NCBI GenBank assembly: GCA_013166835.1
Contig: JABLTI010000037.1
Location: 1 to 24,751 of the forward strand
DNA length: 24,751 bases
Direction of reading: 5' to 3'
DNA from: Promethearchaeati archaeon
GTDB lineage: Archaea; Asgardarchaeota; Heimdallarchaeia; JABLTI01
Shown here piece after piece: positions 16,542 to 24,751 of this stretch. The translations under genes and the position numbers were made by a program. The notes under the pieces are model-generated. The model saw only the letters and a list, made by a program, of their open reading frames with translations. It was not told where the DNA came from and did not search any database. The stretch's first letter is position 1; each line of letters starts with the position of its first letter.

Positions 16542-17087
16542 TTAATCTTCTTCAGGTTGTACCCCAACATTATAAACATAAAACCCAGTTTCACTATCCA
16601 TAGCAATTAGTGGAAGTGCAGAAAAGAGGAAGGTGTTAGAAACAACTCGAGCATCTGGACGTAGCTCTTTCATAAGTTTTCCTTCTAATTTATCATTAGT
16701 ATGTTGAAGAAGATAACAAAAAACAACATCAGCTTCACAAATATCTTTAGCAAAAAGATCGCCATATTTTACTTTTACTCTTCGACGCAACCCTAAAATG
16801 GTGATTAGAAATTGGCACCAAAGAAATCTAAATAAATCAATTTCTATTCCTACTGCTCGAGCTTTAAATCGTCGAGCTGCCATTATAATAACACGGCCAT
16901 CTCCACAACCGAGATCATAAACTAGTTCACCAGGTTGTACATTTGCTATAGTAAGCATACTTTCAACTTTCTTCATACGTGTAGGCCAATAAGGTGCTCC
17001 TCTCCTATTAGGCCATGAAATAGAAACTAATGTGAGAATTCCTAGAATAATTACCCCTAGAGCAATCATAGATGGAATGCTTGGCAT
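16542..17087 (-). CDS. FAM173/aKMT-like class I SAM methyltransferase with N-terminal TM (paralog 1)
   Basis: TM helix, GAPYWPT pre-MT motif, YDLGCGDGR, GIEID, ADVVFCYL, RVVSNTF. Confidence 0.85.
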   Translation of the reverse strand: MPSIPSMIALGVIILGILTLVSISWPNRRGAPYWPTRMKKVESMLTIANVQPGELVYDLGCGDGRVIIMAARRFKARAVGIEIDLFRFLWCQFLITILGLRRRVKVKYGDLFAKDICEADVVFCYLLQHTNDKLEGKLMKELRPDARVVSNTFLFSALPLIAMDSETGFYVYNVGVQPEED

Positions 17088-17167
17088 AAATTATAACCAG
17101 CTGATTTCTCTTTAATAATTTTTAGATTGGAAAATGAGAAAACTATTGTTAATGTCTAAGTATTACT

Positions 17168-17953
17168 TTAAGGGTAACTGTTAATTGCTGCAATCATTGA
17201 TTTACACAAAGTATCATAAAGATTTGCGGAAAGACGAGTATACAGATCATAATCATGAACTCTTACAACATCATTCCAAGAACCCATGCCACCAAAAACC
17301 CAAGCATGATCACATGCGACTAGAATTTGTTCCGCTTCAGAAGTGAAACAACCTTCTGGCAAAAATCCTTTTTGCAATAATTTGATGGATTCCTCTTCTG
17401 ATAAAATATTTAATGCTGTCTGAAAGACTTTTTCCCAATTGTCTAATTCACTCTTAATAGTAAAAGTAACTAAATCTTTTAGAATTTCTCGAAGATACAA
17501 TCTAGCTTGATCTACTGTAGTTTTGGTGATTTTTGGAAGATCTATATCATTTATAGCTTGGTAATAATAAACCTTTAAATCTCCAAATTCCATTTGCCAT
17601 TTTGTTTGCCAGATATCGCATTTATCACCCTTTTCAGCAATAATATTCCAGTGACTTCCTCCACCAACGAAAGCTGAACCTATATGATCTTCTAATCCTA
17701 AAACAGTTGAAGGCTGAAAAGAAAGATATAAGCGATTGACACTATTGTCTTTTAAGTAATTGAACCATAAATTTGGATTCTCTGCAAGAATTGTTTTTCT
17801 TGCAAGCAGATCTTTTGGTACTTTTTCAACAAACCTAATATTACCATAATGAAAACCTGCTGGGTGATTCTTATCAAAAGAAACTGGTTTACCTTGAAGA
17901 CATGCGTTCCCATATGCAACCAAAGACATTATTTGAGCAATTTCATCCTTCAT
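17168..17953 (-). CDS. Conserved hypothetical protein with C-terminal WVFGGMGSWND motif (DUF6966-like)
   Basis: GGMGS.ND signature. The start is probably ATG 17953 (MKDEIAQ); the ORF is open to 17974. Confidence 0.65.
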   Translation of the reverse strand: MKDEIAQIMSLVAYGNACLQGKPVSFDKNHPAGFHYGNIRFVEKVPKDLLARKTILAENPNLWFNYLKDNSVNRLYLSFQPSTVLGLEDHIGSAFVGGGSHWNIIAEKGDKCDIWQTKWQMEFGDLKVYYYQAINDIDLPKITKTTVDQARLYLREILKDLVTFTIKSELDNWEKVFQTALNILSEEESIKLLQKGFLPEGCFTSEAEQILVACDHAWVFGGMGSWNDVVRVHDYDLYTRLSANLYDTLCKSMIAAINSYP

Positions 17954-18130
17954 ACTCATAAAGAATGAGTTCACATAATTAATATCTTTCCTTATATGAA
18001 AACAAAAATGAAGAATAGATTATCTTTTATTCTTAAGAATCATAATATCAACAAAATTAAATTTGTTAAAATGGTTTCAATAATGAAGCTTACATAAACT
18101 AAGAATTATTGGAAAAAGGAATAATAGCAA

Positions 18131-18739
18131 ATGACAATTGTTATTCAGAAACTAGAGAGAAAAAACGAAGATGCCTTAATTGATATATGTTTTATCACTG
18201 GTGATAAATTTCTAAAGAAAACCTTTCCCAACCCTTATCTCTTCAGTTTATTTTGGTGTCTATATTATGTCAGGTATGAAACGAATAATTGTTTTGTAGT
18301 TTTTGATTTGAAAACAAAAAAGGTAGTTGGATATATTTTAAGTACCTTAAATACTGAAATTCAAGAAGAAGATTTCAAGGAGAAAATGGCTCCCATAATT
18401 AAACAAAAAATGAAAGAATTGCATATTAGATCATTAAGATCACGATTAGTAGCTCTCTTTGTAATGAATAAACCAAAAACAAAAAAACGAAAACGATTTC
18501 TAAATGAATATCCTGGTCATTTACACATAGACATCCTTCCTGATTACCAAAGACAAGGTTTCGGTCATAGATTAATGAATACTCTTGAATCCCATTTTAA
18601 AGAAAAGTGTGTAACTGGCTATCACCTAGAAGTTAGTTCAAATAATAAATTAGGAATTAGTTTCTACAGGAAATATGGTCTTGAGCTTATTAGTAAAAAC
18701 AGGTTTTCACTTATTTTCGGAAAAAAACTGACAAAGTAA
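18131..18739 (+). CDS. GNAT family N-acetyltransferase
   Basis: HLHIDILPDYQRQGFG acetyl-CoA motif A; HLEV...N..GISFYRKYG motif B. Confidence 0.9.
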   Translation: MTIVIQKLERKNEDALIDICFITGDKFLKKTFPNPYLFSLFWCLYYVRYETNNCFVVFDLKTKKVVGYILSTLNTEIQEEDFKEKMAPIIKQKMKELHIRSLRSRLVALFVMNKPKTKKRKRFLNEYPGHLHIDILPDYQRQGFGHRLMNTLESHFKEKCVTGYHLEVSSNNKLGISFYRKYGLELISKNRFSLIFGKKLTK

Positions 18740-18754
18740 TATTACTTTAAACTT

Positions 18755-19237
18755 CTAATCTTTGATTTCTATCATTACAACCAAATAAAAAACTTGATCT
18801 TCTATAGGTAAGGGATTAGCAATAATTCCGAATTTTAGTGAAACATGCTTCTTATTTCTCATAATAGTTAAAATAGCTTCACCTTCTTGTGTTTCGCCTG
18901 TTTCTTGGGTTTTCAAAACAGTTAAAACAGCCCCACAATATCTGCAATCTTCAGCAGTCCCACAACCGTAAATATGATCGTGGGCATGTATACAATCAAT
19001 AAGTTCTCCGGGTCTTTGACCGAGACCATCTTCAAACCGCTTTTTCCCTATCATCTTTGTAAAAGCATAATTTGCAAAAACAACCTGTCTTTGCTTATTT
19101 ACAATAACAACCATATTTGGCAGAACATTTAGAACTGGTAAAACTTTTCTTAGACCAAGTATCTTTATTGTCTGCAAGTAAACATCATCAATTTCTAATC
19201 TCTCTGCAGGTGCAAAGTGGGTTTCTAATTCAGTCAA
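18755..19237 (-). CDS. Stand-alone PAS-like sensor protein with four-Cys motif
   Basis: LNVLPNMVVIVNKQRQVVFAN PAS start; GQRPGELIDC-x9-C-x5-C-x2-C. TTG start. Confidence 0.75.
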   Translation of the reverse strand: MTELETHFAPAERLEIDDVYLQTIKILGLRKVLPVLNVLPNMVVIVNKQRQVVFANYAFTKMIGKKRFEDGLGQRPGELIDCIHAHDHIYGCGTAEDCRYCGAVLTVLKTQETGETQEGEAILTIMRNKKHVSLKFGIIANPLPIEDQVFYLVVMIEIKD

Positions 19238-19360
19238 TATTTATACCAACTTGATTCTTATTCAACAAATTTTTACAAAATAATATTGACACTAATAAAT
19301 ATAAGTTAATTGATATAGTTTTTGATATCAATGATTGAGTTTGAAATGATTGCTGAATTC

Positions 19361-20329
19361 CTACGGAAACATCTTCATATTTTTTCTAATCCTTCTCATA
19401 CCTTCATCAATCATACCTGGTCGATTATGAGTTGTTCCCCAAACAAAGTAAGGAACACATGTTCGACTGTAATAAAACTTCATTCTTCCTTCTAGCGATT
19501 TCTGCTTGGAATATTTGTAATTATCCAGAACTGCATTCAAGAATTCTGGTCCATCATCAAAGAACAACAAATCACATGCTGGGTCCCAAATTTTACAATC
19601 CTCAAAATCTATTGCCCCAGCTAATCGTTTAGTTTTAGGATCGATAAGAATGTTAGAGGTATCAAAATCACAGTGGGAGACTCTAGGTGAAAAAGAGAAA
19701 TTATTCTCGTTATTTAGATAATCTTCAAAGATTTTTGTTAGCCATTCTTGTTGTTCTTGATCTAGATATTGATAGGCGATTTTTTTTGCTTCCTCATATC
19801 TTGTTTTCCATCGTAATTTATAGGATTGATTGAAATCAGAACTGCTACTCATTAATTCTTCTTGATCTGGAAAGGAGATTAGAAAATCCTTCATCAAAAC
19901 ATCTGAATGCAAACCAGAGAGGAATTTGCCTATTTCTGCACCAATCTTTTTCTTATGATTTGAGGATAAATGATCAGAAATAAAAACTAATGATTTTCCA
20001 GGTATTTTCTTATGTATGGAAAAAGGCATTTCTTCTGAATCATATAAATAAAGAATTTCTGGAATTAATAATGGCAATCGTTTCTGCAGAAAGCTAAGAA
20101 TTTTAAATTCTCTTCTAAGCATTTCCAATCCTTTAGTATTACGGAATTCTCTGTCTGCAACTCGAAGAATATATTTCTGATTTATTTCAAAAACATTGTA
20201 GGTTCCATGATAAAAGAAATGAATTGATTTCGTTTGAATGTTTGGAAGAAATTTCTTTACAAAAGGTAGTATTTCTTCTACTGTAATATCTGCTGGATTC
20301 ATTTCTTCATAGAATGCCATGTGTGGCAA
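19361..20329 (-). CDS. Aminoglycoside phosphotransferase (APH/choline kinase-like) family protein
   Basis: YILR, REFKIL, Brenner motif HCDFDTSNIL, IDFED, DPACDL. Confidence 0.88.
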   Translation of the reverse strand: MPHMAFYEEMNPADITVEEILPFVKKFLPNIQTKSIHFFYHGTYNVFEINQKYILRVADREFRNTKGLEMLRREFKILSFLQKRLPLLIPEILYLYDSEEMPFSIHKKIPGKSLVFISDHLSSNHKKKIGAEIGKFLSGLHSDVLMKDFLISFPDQEELMSSSSDFNQSYKLRWKTRYEEAKKIAYQYLDQEQQEWLTKIFEDYLNNENNFSFSPRVSHCDFDTSNILIDPKTKRLAGAIDFEDCKIWDPACDLLFFDDGPEFLNAVLDNYKYSKQKSLEGRMKFYYSRTCVPYFVWGTTHNRPGMIDEGMRRIRKNMKMFP

Positions 20330-20394
20330 TTAGTATGGAAAAATAAAAACTTTGTTTTGATATTAGTCTCGGAGTATTTGTTATATTTTTCTAT

Positions 20395-20748
20395 CTACTC
20401 AACGTAATCCCATAAGGCATCAACAATACTCCATTGATCGTTCTCTTTCAATAAATGAAGAAAATCAATGAATTTATCTGAAACAATTTTCACTGACGCC
20501 ATATTTTTATCAATGTCCAGAATAGTAATATCTTTCTTACCTAAACTGGGATCAGGAAGTTTACCTCGACCTTCAGAAGTAATATTTATCATCGAAGGTT
20601 TATCAAGAGCCCAAATTTCCTCTGTTGAAACAAATCTTCGTTTTACTAATTTTTGATGTACTGCCTCTTCCATTCTTTTAGTATTTGCTTCGTACCATCC
20701 CTCAATATAGTTTAAAGCTGCTTTTCTAACAGCGTCCTCGTCCTTCAT
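20395..20748 (-). CDS. NTF2-like protein (putative lumazine-binding family)
   Basis: NYIEGWY...RM..A.H..L.K, ILDI...ASVK......DFLHLLK..QW.IV..LW. Confidence 0.8.
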   Translation of the reverse strand: MKDEDAVRKAALNYIEGWYEANTKRMEEAVHQKLVKRRFVSTEEIWALDKPSMINITSEGRGKLPDPSLGKKDITILDIDKNMASVKIVSDKFIDFLHLLKENDQWSIVDALWDYVE

Positions 20749-20808
20749 AACACTAGTAATTGGAAATTAAATTATAAAGTATAATGGTAAATCTTGATTA
20801 CTAGATCT

Positions 20809-22200
20809 CTACTTTTTCCCTAAATTCTCTAGTATTGCAATACTCGTATTTATTCCTTTTAAGAACCAATCTACCATCATATTCTCATTTGGGGCGTGAT
20901 TATCTTCATCAGGTTGAGCATAAGGAATAACATACAAGGGTTTTCCTGTCACTTTATACAGAGAGTAAAGAGGCAAACTTCCTCCAGCTAGTGGTATTTT
21001 TATTGGCTTTTCTTCAAATCCTTCCTCAATGGCTTTCTCTAATATCTGTGTCCATGGAAGCTCGAGAGAAGTGAACATAGGATAAAAACTCGAGCCAAAT
21101 TTCAGTGTACATCTATCAATTATTGCTGCGAATCTCTCTGATTTGTGTCTTAGCTTTTCAAAGTGTGCCTGAATTAATTTCGTCATTTTTTCAGGTGTTT
21201 GATTTGGAACCAATCGCACATCTATTTCTACAATTGCTTCTTTTGGTATCATAGTTTTAGCGTTTTCTTGCACTTCTCCAGATTTGAAACCTCTAATATT
21301 GAAAGTTGGTCTAAACATCAATCTATGAGTTAAGGGTAAATCTTGTTCTCCTCCAAAATAGGTTATACCAAGTTGCTCTTTGTAGATCTCCGGATCTCTA
21401 TTAAGTTCCTCAGCTGCTTTTATTGCTGCTTCAGTAGGAATAAAAACATCATCATAAAATCCTTCGATCAAACATTTACCATTTTCATCTCTCATGGTTC
21501 GAAGTAATCTTATAACATCCCAGACAGGATTTGGTTGGATTCCACCAAAATTGCCCGAATGCACATCTCCTTTAGCAGATTTTAGATGGATTTGTACTGT
21601 TTGAATTCCTCTCGCACCAAATTCAAGGACTGGCTTCCATGTGGGATCTGCAGGTCCATCTGATACAATTACTAAATCTACATTTTCAAAAAACTCGATT
21701 TTTGCTTTCAAAGCATCTTCAAGATATGGTGAACCTAATTCCTCTTCTCCATCAAAGATAAATTTAACCTTGGAACCTAACTGTTTATTCTTGTGAAGCC
21801 ATTCTATTCCACATAAATTAGCAAAGAGCTGTCCCTTATTATCTCCTACACCTCTTGCATATATTCTCCCTTCTCTTATTTCTGGTTCAAATGGCGGAGA
21901 AACCCATTCATCCAGTGGTTCAGGAGGTTGAACATCATAGTGTCCATAATAAAGTAGAATTGGTTTTTTCTGTTCGGAATCAGAATTAATTTGAGGTTCC
22001 CATTCAGCAATAACCACAGGATTTCCTTTTGTTTCAACTATTTCAACATAATTTGCTGTTTGAGTTAATCGTTTTTCTAACCATTTTGCTGCTTTCTTAA
22101 CTTCTTCTGCATCACGTGTGATACTAGGAATTCTCAAAAAATCAAACAAATCTTCAAGATACTTGTTTTTCTGATTCTGGAGCAATTCAAACTTTTTCAT
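20809..22200 (-). CDS. M20/M25/M40 family metallo-dipeptidase
   Basis: YGHYDVQP, ARGVGDNKG, GEEELGS, HSGNFGG, HAPNE. The GGTGA SD favours ATG 22200 over 22215. Confidence 0.92.
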   Translation of the reverse strand: MKKFELLQNQKNKYLEDLFDFLRIPSITRDAEEVKKAAKWLEKRLTQTANYVEIVETKGNPVVIAEWEPQINSDSEQKKPILLYYGHYDVQPPEPLDEWVSPPFEPEIREGRIYARGVGDNKGQLFANLCGIEWLHKNKQLGSKVKFIFDGEEELGSPYLEDALKAKIEFFENVDLVIVSDGPADPTWKPVLEFGARGIQTVQIHLKSAKGDVHSGNFGGIQPNPVWDVIRLLRTMRDENGKCLIEGFYDDVFIPTEAAIKAAEELNRDPEIYKEQLGITYFGGEQDLPLTHRLMFRPTFNIRGFKSGEVQENAKTMIPKEAIVEIDVRLVPNQTPEKMTKLIQAHFEKLRHKSERFAAIIDRCTLKFGSSFYPMFTSLELPWTQILEKAIEEGFEEKPIKIPLAGGSLPLYSLYKVTGKPLYVIPYAQPDEDNHAPNENMMVDWFLKGINTSIAILENLGKK

Positions 22201-22277
22201 AAAATCACCTGGCATTTATTAGCTGGTTTATTCGTTCTTAAACATTTATCGGATAAAAAAAATTTCTATTTACCAGT

Positions 22278-22823
22278 TCAAGATTTTGGAATGATCAAAT
22301 CATAAGCATAAATCTCTTGTTCTTCATCCTTTCCAATTAAGTGCAAATCTGAAAAAACAAACCGGTTTGAAACGACTCTTGCATGTGGTTGTAATTCTGC
22401 TAAAAGCTTTGATTCTAATTTATCATTTGTACTTTGTAAAAGAAAACAAATTATTATGTCTGCTTTGCTAAAATCCTCGTTAAAAAAATTACCTCGTATT
22501 ACCTGAACTTTATCTTTTAAACCTAATACTCGAATGCGTAATTTACACCAAAGATAACGAATGGGATCAATTTCTATACCAATAGCTCTAGCATTAAACT
22601 CTCTAGCAGCAATTATTAGAACTCTTCCATCTCCACAACCAAGATCATATACTAGTTCATTTGATTTTATATTTGCCATAGAAAGCATTTTAATCACTTT
22701 TTCTTTGCTAGTAGGAGACCATGGTGCACCTTTGATGATAGACCAACTAAAGAACAAAAAAATTAGTAATCCAAGAACAACAAACGCTATCAAAAAATAA
22801 TAAATTATTAACATTATACTCAT
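22278..22823 (-). CDS. FAM173/aKMT-like class I SAM methyltransferase with N-terminal TM (paralog 2)
   Basis: TM helix, GAPWSPT, YDLGCGDGR, GIEIDP, ADIIICFL, RVVSNRF. Confidence 0.85.
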   Translation of the reverse strand: MSIMLIIYYFLIAFVVLGLLIFLFFSWSIIKGAPWSPTSKEKVIKMLSMANIKSNELVYDLGCGDGRVLIIAAREFNARAIGIEIDPIRYLWCKLRIRVLGLKDKVQVIRGNFFNEDFSKADIIICFLLQSTNDKLESKLLAELQPHARVVSNRFVFSDLHLIGKDEEQEIYAYDLIIPKS

Positions 22824-22925
22824 TTTAGTATCATCATTTCACTTTAATTAGTTACTGTTAAAAAAGTGTAATCGTGCAGAAAGTATAATTAAGAGAATTT
22901 GTATGTCTTCTTTTAAGTGAGTAAG

Positions 22926-23354
22926 ATGGAAGATTCTGAATGCCTTTTTTGTAAAATCGTAAGAAAAGAGGAATTTGCGGCGGTTCTGTATGAAGATGAA
23001 GATATCATAGCATTCATGGATATTAAACCGATTAATGAAGGACACTCTCTAATAGTAACTAAGAAACACGCTGTACTTGTTGATGAATTAGATGAGGAGC
23101 TTTACTTGAAGATGTTTCCAATTGGAAGGAAAATCGCTATGAAAATAAAAGAAATGTTTCCAGAAACTAAAGGTATTATGTATTTTATCGCTGATGGGGA
23201 GCATGCAGGACAAGAAGTGCCACATGTACATCTTCATATAATTCCAAGAAAACCAAATGATGGTTTCGATTTTACATTTGAACAAGCTTACTATGATAGA
23301 TTACTCACAGAAGAAGAACGAACGAAAGTGAAGGATAAACTAATTCCTATTTAG
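22926..23354 (+). CDS. HIT family nucleotide hydrolase
   Basis: CLFCKI, AFMDIKP...GHSLIV.KKH, AGQEVPHVHLHIIPR histidine triad. ATG at 22926. Confidence 0.92.
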   Translation: MEDSECLFCKIVRKEEFAAVLYEDEDIIAFMDIKPINEGHSLIVTKKHAVLVDELDEELYLKMFPIGRKIAMKIKEMFPETKGIMYFIADGEHAGQEVPHVHLHIIPRKPNDGFDFTFEQAYYDRLLTEEERTKVKDKLIPI

Positions 23355-23448
23355 AATTTGTAATTATTATATTAATATCTTAAACCAATTTCCTCTAATA
23401 GATGTAAACTCTTGTATATTATAGTAAAATATGTCTCTGGGTGATTTC

Positions 23449-24279
23449 ATGGAGCTTCTCCTTTGGTTGGGTCCACTTGCTATCTCTATCGGTATTATTC
23501 TCACTCACATTTTGGGTGAATGGATTTCTGAGCATATGAGTAAGTGGCACCATCAACTTGAAAGCTTAGGTGCAGGATTAATGATTGGTATCATTTTTCT
23601 TGAGCTCCTACCTCAAATTACTATAGGAGAAAGTCATTTAGGTTTCTACATCTATATTCCTTTAGTGGTTGGTTTTACTATCATTGCTTTAGTTGAAAAA
23701 ATCGTTTACAAGACAATTCTTAATAAAAATCCATCAACATCGAAAGTTACAAAACAATCTGATGAAACCAAAATCACTAATGATTTGGAATATGAAAAGA
23801 ATCTTGCAGAAGTTGAATGCATTGTTCCTGAATATCATGCAGTTTTTGAAGGTGTTGCTTTAATCACCCATGGTCTTGTTTTGGGAATTCTTATTACTAT
23901 TATCTTTAACGAAGAGACTTTCAATACTAGTTGGCTTCTCCTATTATTCGTTTTGCTACCTCTATTCATAAGATCATTTACACTAGCCTTTTCAGCTGAA
24001 CAAATCCTTAGAGATATTCATGGTAGAAAGAAAAAGGTAATTCGATATTTGAGTTATCTAACTCCTTTTGTAGGAGCCTCTTTAGGGATAATATTTGTCT
24101 TTGTAGAAAGTTCCATTGCATTATTTACTATTTTTGCTCTTGTTCTAGGATTAGTTTTATTCTTAGTAGTAAGAGATATGATTCCTTTAGGAAAAAAGGG
24201 AAAACCAGTGTTCTTTCTCATTGGCATAATTATAACACTAGGAACTTTCCTCATTTCAGAGTTTCTAATACCTGTCTAA
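23449..24279 (+). CDS. ZIP (ZupT/GufA)-like membrane protein
   Basis: About 8 TM helices; GAGLMIGIIFLELLP (ZIP TM2-like), a variable loop after TM3, LFLVVRDMIP (TM7-like). The GGTGA SD favours ATG 23449. Confidence 0.65.
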   Translation: MELLLWLGPLAISIGIILTHILGEWISEHMSKWHHQLESLGAGLMIGIIFLELLPQITIGESHLGFYIYIPLVVGFTIIALVEKIVYKTILNKNPSTSKVTKQSDETKITNDLEYEKNLAEVECIVPEYHAVFEGVALITHGLVLGILITIIFNEETFNTSWLLLLFVLLPLFIRSFTLAFSAEQILRDIHGRKKKVIRYLSYLTPFVGASLGIIFVFVESSIALFTIFALVLGLVLFLVVRDMIPLGKKGKPVFFLIGIIITLGTFLISEFLIPV

Positions 24280-24292
24280 GCTAAATTATGTC

Positions 24293-24751
24293 CTACTGTG
24301 GTCCAATGTCTTTTCTTTCCAAAATTATTAAACCCAAAATAAAGAGTAAGGCAGTAATCGCTACCATTACTATTATACTTACAATCGGATTTATGTATCC
24401 TGTTTCTGGTAATAAGAAAGTTAATCCGTTTTCTGGATCAGCAGAACCAATGAATTCAGAGACATCTGAAAACATACTGACATAAGTACCAAAGAATAAT
24501 CCAAAGTTTTGTTGGAAGAAGGGAATAGGCTGGAAACCAAAGAATCCTAAGAATGTAGTAAATATAAGACTCAGATTGTAACCAATATCAATTAAATACA
24601 GATGCCCTGATTCATAATATGTTGGAATAGCAACTCTAAAGATAATTCCTAAGAAATAAATGAAGATAATTAGAAACATAATTACTAGTACACTAATTAC
24701 CATTCTTTTGTTTATTATTGAAAGAAATCCAAGTATTAAGCCTATAACTGC
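24293..24751 (-). CDS. C-terminal part of a membrane protein, probably an ABC-2 type permease (partial, runs off the right edge)
   Basis: The frame stays open from 24703 to the window end (AVIGLILGFLSIINKRMV...). It has hydrophobic helices and a C-terminal ERKDI like the RRDI ends of ABC-2 permeases. Confidence 0.6.
   Translation of the reverse strand, partial: AVIGLILGFLSIINKRMVISVLVIMFLIIFIYFLGIIFRVAIPTYYESGHLYLIDIGYNLSLIFTTFLGFFGFQPIPFFQQNFGLFFGTYVSMFSDVSEFIGSADPENGLTFLLPETGYINPIVSIIVMVAITALLFILGLIILERKDIGPQ

Noticed and set aside
19361-20329. Bona fide antibiotic resistance gene
   Set aside because: The APH-fold motifs are shared by many small-molecule kinases, so the substrate cannot be inferred.
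16401-23430. Integron-like cassette array downstream of the recombinase
   Set aside because: The intergenic regions share no recognisable repeated attC-like element, and the recombinase lacks the IntI-specific insertion position. It is kept only as a weak hotspot idea.
629-24485. Short ORFs antisense to or nested in longer genes (e.g. 629..814, 1250..1540, 2552..2758, 2996..3244, 5217..5447, 8252..8563, 9686..9979, 15419..15653, 19432..19632, 22561..22800, 22848..23045, 24054..24254, 24288..24485)
   Set aside because: They overlap well-supported CDSs and have no motifs; they are shadow ORFs.
1-24751. CRISPR array, rRNA or tRNA genes
   Set aside because: No regularly spaced short repeats or GC-rich structured RNA segments; intergenic gaps are all short (under ~200 bp) and AT-rich.

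Overview
This is an AT-rich, gene-dense archaeal-style window. TrmB, GGTGA/GAGGA Shine-Dalgarno motifs, oligo-T terminators, a zinc-ribbon membrane protein and Methanosarcina-type PAS repeats suggest an Asgard/Heimdallarchaeia-like source, but that is inference. It holds about 22 complete CDSs plus two partial ABC-2-like permease genes at the edges. I saw no rRNA, tRNA or CRISPR array. The main finding is an 816-aa ORF (2631..5081) encoding a type I L-asparaginase whose catalytic domain is permuted: HGTDTM comes before TGGTI/DSS. It is fused to a complete class I glutamine amidotransferase (Cys-His-Glu). It lies just downstream of a TrmB-type regulator with a PH/GRAM-like C-terminus and a TACT/AGTA palindrome in its promoter region. 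Other items of interest are a tyrosine recombinase with a 4-Cys insertion, convergent with a wHTH gene and next to an orphan, motif-altered Nmad2 gene; a giant soluble 6-PAS/4-GAF Cph1-type kinase with an Rcp1-like and a stand-alone receiver; a stand-alone Cys-rich PAS protein; and two paralogous FAM173/aKMT-like methyltransferases. All assignments come from motif recognition by eye; no database searches were run.
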